Assembly (NCBI RefSeq): GCF_009834535.1
Contig: NC_045707.1
Span: forward strand, 61,506,001-61,570,000
Length of the DNA stretch: 64,000 nt
From: Camelus ferus
Lineage: Eukaryota
Direction of reading: 5' to 3'
Program-made: the position numbers and the translations under genes
The notes under the pieces: model-generated
Told to the model about the DNA's origin: nothing
The model's database searches: none
What the model saw: the letters and a program-made list of their open reading frames with translations, nothing else
Shown here: positions 58,800-64,000 of the stretch, in pieces
Position numbering within the stretch: the first letter of the stretch is position 1
How the letters are laid out: each line of letters opens with the position of its first letter

Positions 58800-60690
58800 A
58801 AGAGCAATGCTCTGCCCAGCCTCAGGTGAAACTGCTTAACCAGAGCCTAGCCTGCTGGGATATTATCAGGGTCTAACTGATCTGGAGAAGGGAAATACTC
58901 ACCCCCAGCCCCATCTGTTCATTCTGTCCCACTTTGGGGGTGGGGTGGGGACTGAGAAACGTGTGAAGTTCACAGTCCAGAGGCATAGGTTCACTAAAAG
59001 ACGGAGACCTAATCATGGGATTACAGGATGCCTCCCTGAGCACACCTGCCCCTCCCACACGTCAGTGCCACATTACTAAGGGCCTATTTACAGCAGTTCC
59101 TTTCACCTGGTACAGCAAGCCTGGTTATCAAGGGAAAAAGTCACCAAGGATAGCAAAAGACAAAAAACACAATTTGAAGAGGCAGAGCAAGCATCAGAAC
59201 CAGGCATGGCAGAAATGTTGGAATTATTAGACCCAGAATTTAAAATACCTAAGATTAGCCTGAAGACTCTACTGGATAAAGCAGACAGCATGAGAGAACA
59301 GATGGGCAATGTAAGCAGAGATGGAAATCCAAGGAAAGAACCCAAAAGAAATGCTAGAAATCAAGAACACTGCAACAGAAATGAAGAATGTGTTTGATGG
59401 GATTATTAGCAGACTGGACATGGCTGAAGGAAGAATCTCGGAGCTAGAGAATATACCAGCAGAATCCTCAAAGAGTGAAAAGCAAAGAAAACAAGGACTG
59501 ACTGAAACAGAAAAGGAGATCCAGCCTGGGCGATGACTACAAAAGGTGTGGCACATGCATGATGGGAATACAAGACACAGAAGGGATAGAGAAAGAAACA
59601 GAAGAAATATTTTAAACTACAATGACTGAAAATTTCCCTACATTAATAACAGACACCAAACCACCCATCCAGGAAGCTTGGGTGACACCACGCAGGATAA
59701 ATGCCAAAAGACCACTACAGCTTAGCATATCATTTTCAAATTTTAAAAAATCAAAGATAAAAAATCCTGAAAGAACGTGGAGGAAAACAACACCTTATCT
59801 AGGAGAAACAAATTTGATTACATCCGAATCTTCTCAGAAACCACGCAAGCAGGAAGAAAATAGAGTTAAAATATTTAAAAGGTTGAGTGAAAAAACTTAC
59901 CAATCTAGAATTCTACACCCTGGGGAATTATCCTTCAAACGTACAGGAGAAATAAAGACTTTCTCAGAAAAACAAAAATTGAAGGAATCTGTTGTCAATA
60001 TACCATAAGGTTAAAAGAAGTTCTTTAGAGAGAAAGAAAATAATATAGGTCAAAAACGCAGATCTCCATAAAGAAGGAAAGAGAACCAAAGAAGAAAGAA
60101 GTTGGATGTAAAATAAGGTAAAATTATTTCTTTAATTGATCTAACAAATAACAGTTCAAAATAGTAATAGCAACAATGTATTCAGTTATGAATGCTTATG
60201 TATACATTTTGTGTATATACATATATACACACATAGGTATGCTTATATATAAGTGAAATGAAATGACAGCTACATACCGTATGATTCCAACAATGTGACG
60301 TTTTGGAAAGGGCAAAACTATGAGGGCAGTAGAAGGATCAGTGGCTGTCAAGCAAGGTGGTAGGGGAGATGAGCAGGCACAGCACAGAGGATTTTAAGGG
60401 CAGTAAAATGCCCTGTATATTATAATAATGGACATATGTCATACTTTTATCCAAATCCATTAAATGTACATCACCAAGAGTGAACCATAAAGTACAGTAT
60501 GGACTTGGGGTGTTTATGATATGTTGATGTAGGTTTACCCTTGGTAAAAATTCTGGTAGATGATGTTGAATACACAGGGGGCTATGGATGTGTTGGAGCA
60601 GGGGTTATATGAGAAATCTCTGTACCTTCTTCTCGATTTTTTTGTAAACCTAAAACTGCTCTAAAAATTAGATCTCTTAAAAAAGCAGCA
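58800..60690 (+). mobile_element. L1M element: 5' region, decayed ORF1, and 3' end
   Basis: Track ORFs 59321..59536 (EIKNTATEMKNVFDGIISRLDMAEGRISELE) and 59622..60008 (ENFP...YQSRILHPGELSFKRTGEIKTFSEKQKLKE) are L1 ORF1p-like; 3' end reads aaacctaaaactgctctaaaaa. Confidence 0.85.
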
Positions 60691-62079
60691 ATGAAAATAA
60701 ATGACTCAGCAATGTGGGTGAATCTCACAAACATAAAGTCCAAGAAAGAAGCCAGATATGAAAGGATGCATATTGAGTGATTCTCTTTACGTGAAGTTCA
60801 AAATAACAAAGATATATTTGGTGCTGGAAGCCAAGGTAGTAGTTGGTAAGGCACTGGAGAAATGTTTTTGATGTGTTAGAAATGTCTCTTCCTTAACTTT
60901 ACATGGGTGTTACAAACCTAAAAAGTTTTCTTTAAAATGGTCAAAGGTATTCCTAATTCCTAACCATTAAAACAAACAAACAAAAAACAATTAAGATATA
61001 AAATTGGTATACATAGTTTTAAATTCATGCATGACTTTGACTCTTCAAAGTAAGATACATTACTGAAAAAGCAAATATGCATAACTAACATTAATTACTT
61101 TTTTTAGAGAATGGACTTGCATACAAACTATTTTGTAAATCATCTTGTAGTTCTGATAAAGATGTTTTGTTTCTTGAGGTTTCCCCAGTGATGCCTTGAC
61201 AAGTATGTGAATTGAGGTTTGGTTATTGAAGGATGGACCAAACAATTTCTACATATGTTGAAGTCACTTTTCAGTTAAATTTATTAATCACAAAGGGCTT
61301 TATGTCAGCACATTAAGCTATCTGAAGACTTGAGATTTGTTTCCTTTGAAGAACAAGGACTGTAAAAAAACAAAGTATTTTTTTTTTTCCTATTGGCTTC
61401 CTTCTTTTTGAAACCAATAATGACAAGAGATTTCAACACCTATGAGGGATGTTAACAACAATATTTTACATTTGAATATTTACACTTTTCAGTGTTCTTT
61501 TATGCTGTTCTTTTATGTATGTGATTTATCTGATTTCTTTTAAAAGAAATCCTGTAAGGTAGACAATACATTTTTTTTTTAAATCACTATTTTAAAAACA
61601 GAGGCTACTGAAGACCATCAAAGCTAAATGATATGTCTAATGAATAAAGACATTTCCGCCACGAGTAGGCACTAGAAAGGTCAGGGCTACAAGTCAGTTC
61701 TTTAAACTTCTAGTCCAGTATTCCTTCAAGTCAATAAAGTCATTTAATTTTAGGCAATAATGTGTATACTTGAAAAAGCATGGTTACTTGCCCAATTATT
61801 TCTCTCTTTTCCTTCAGGGATTTTAACACTCATATTAGACCTTTTATAGTGTTCCATATATCTCCTATATTCTTCATTTTTTATTCCTTTTCCCTGTATG
61901 TGTTTCAATCTTGATATTTTGTACTAATTGGCTGAATTTCCACTTCACTAATCATTTCATCAGCTGTGTCTAATGTCCTGTTACACTCATGTAATAATTT
62001 CTGAATTTCAGGAATCATACATTTCATTTCTAGAAATTTCTTCTGTTGTAACAACTAATATAATAACAATTAATTCAGA

Positions 62080-62700
62080 CAAAAATAATCCATAAATGCT
62101 AAAACAAATAAAATGCTGAGAAAAAGAATTTTCATGTGATCTTAAAGAATCATCCTGCAGATTACTTACTAATTACAATAGTCAAATGTACCTTTACCTG
62201 AAGAGACTTGGTGGTCACTTGATTACCAAATGACTAACTTAGAATCACCAATAGTATAATTGGCTATTGATGTATCTTTAGATGTGATGCAATAAAAAAA
62301 GTATGCTATATCACCTATGGAGTATTCTTTCCAAAAATGTGTAGTTGAATTTAATAATGAGAAAACAAACAAATTCAGAATGTGAGACATCCTGCAAGAC
62401 AAATGATCTGGCCTCTTTGAAAATACCATGAGAAACAGACAAAGGGCAGCAGGTTCCAGATGTAAAGAGATTAAAGAGACATAATAAACATATGCAATTG
62501 TGTGACCACTGATTAGATCCTGAATGGGAAAAATTCAATATGGAATATTCATTAGACACTATTGAATTATTATTTTATTTCCTTAAGTATTACGGAGATA
62601 TAGGAGAATGTCCTCATTTATAGGAAATACTGAAATATTCAGAGGTGAAGTGTCAGGTCATCTACAGCTTATTTTCAATTGATTCAGCAAAATACAAACA
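62080..62700 (+). mobile_element. Old L1M 3' UTR fragment
   Basis: aaattcagaatgtgagacatcctgcaagacaaatgatctgg...gaaatattcagaggtgaagtgtc. Confidence 0.55.
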
Positions 62701-64000
62701 TATACACATGTATGTGTATTTAAAAAAACATATAAATGTAATTAAATGTATGTTTGATGAGTGAGTCGAGTTTGCCAACAGTAAAATAAATATAAGGTAA
62801 CAAAACAATAACAAAGTTTTTTTCTTCTGTATCAGTAGAGGATAAATTATGCTTCTTCACACAATTTCCTGAAGTAGAAAATGTGAAATATATTGTAGAT
62901 AGCTTTTCTTAAAACACTGAAAAGTAAATCTGAACTTTAAAGGAATAACTAATTACTAACATAAGTAACTAAAAGTAAATTTGAAATTTAAAGGAGTAAC
63001 TGCTACACGTCTTGAAGATGTGAAAACTAGAACATTGATCAGCTATCCTAGGTATTAGGAACAAAATCTTAATGTTATTATCTGTTAAGCGAGAGCCTCC
63101 ACTTTTTTCTGGAAGTAAAATTTCCAGCCCCGTGAAGCCTCCTCTCTTCCAAGGTAGTGTATTTGTAGGAGACAAGTTATAATATCATTTGACAAATAAT
63201 CTTTCCAGCTGTCCTTGATGACCAGAGTTCCTTCATTCCATTTTCATTGTAAGGGTTTTTTTTGTTCCAATTAAGTAATTTCATCTTCACAGGAAGAGAC
63301 TCAAGATTTCTATCTTGCTAGCCTGAGAATGGGGCTTCTGGGCACTCTTTCTTAATGGGTTATGTCAAGTTATCACCCTTGTCAAAGCTTCTTTGGTCTA
63401 ACAATGGCACAAAGATAATTCTGTATTGCTTTTTTTTCACTGTGTAATAGATTCCAGTATGATCCCCATGAGTTAGATTCTGTGGAAACATTTTCCTTAC
63501 TAAGAAAAAAATGCATGTGAAATGAACTTGCTTCTAAATCCGGGTGGAACTGATGAAACTTGATGTTTAATGATGTTCCCTTACGATTTAAAGTGCACAT
63601 TTCTAAGACTGGGACAAGACTACAATTAAATTTCTAGTTTTTCCTGTTGCCTGGAGGGAGAATTTATCCAAGCTGATCCAGGTACTGCTTTCTAATAATT
63701 TCTTTTGCATCTGCTGTGACAATACAACACGTTGTACTCACAACCACTGAAGTCTAATGTCTAATGTTAATTTCTTATGTCTAATATTAATTTCTAAACT
63801 TGTAATTTCATTTGGTGTTCTCTTGTTCAGGTGAGAACTAATGAAAGTTTAAGAAATAGTTTTTGAATGGATAAAAATGCATGAGCATTTGATTTATATT
63901 GGAGATTTTCTCTCTTTCATATATTGTTGCTGTTGCTCGGGGCATAGGAGTAAAGCACAACGGGAAGATGGTGATTGACACAGTTGATGGGAGGAAGACT

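Noticed and set aside
59206..60008. Coiled-coil ORFs as a host gene
   Set aside because: Frameshifted L1 ORF1p remnants.
46500..64000. Additional protein-coding exons or a novel multi-gene system in the distal region
   Set aside because: The track ORFs are short, mostly inside repeats, and form no phase-consistent exon chain that I can recognise; the region looks intergenic.

Overview
AT-rich, repeat-rich mammalian genomic DNA, most likely camelid (four copies of a tRNA-Ala-derived Vic-1-like SINE). The main gene is CAPS2 (calcyphosine-2) on the + strand. It has a CpG-enriched promoter with a perfect RFX X-box (~3.9-4.4 kb), a probable non-coding first exon, and 17 coding exons (6090-40091) traced by hand with GT-AG boundaries and matching phases. 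Coding exon 5 carries a +1 insertion that gives a premature TGA at 11995-11997, while every other exon is intact; skipping exon 5 would restore the frame. The middle exons encode a DM10/PH-like module and the last exons encode EF-hands. Downstream lies an old, decayed CCNG2 processed pseudogene (+) that the ORF track mostly misses, with a younger full-length RPL32 retrocopy (-, open 135-aa ORF) inserted into its 3' UTR. The rest is L1, L2, MIR, MLT/LTR, hAT DNA transposons and microsatellites. I see no clear evidence of a wholly new biological system. Protein and repeat identities come from recalled sequences, not database searches, and repeat boundaries are approximate.
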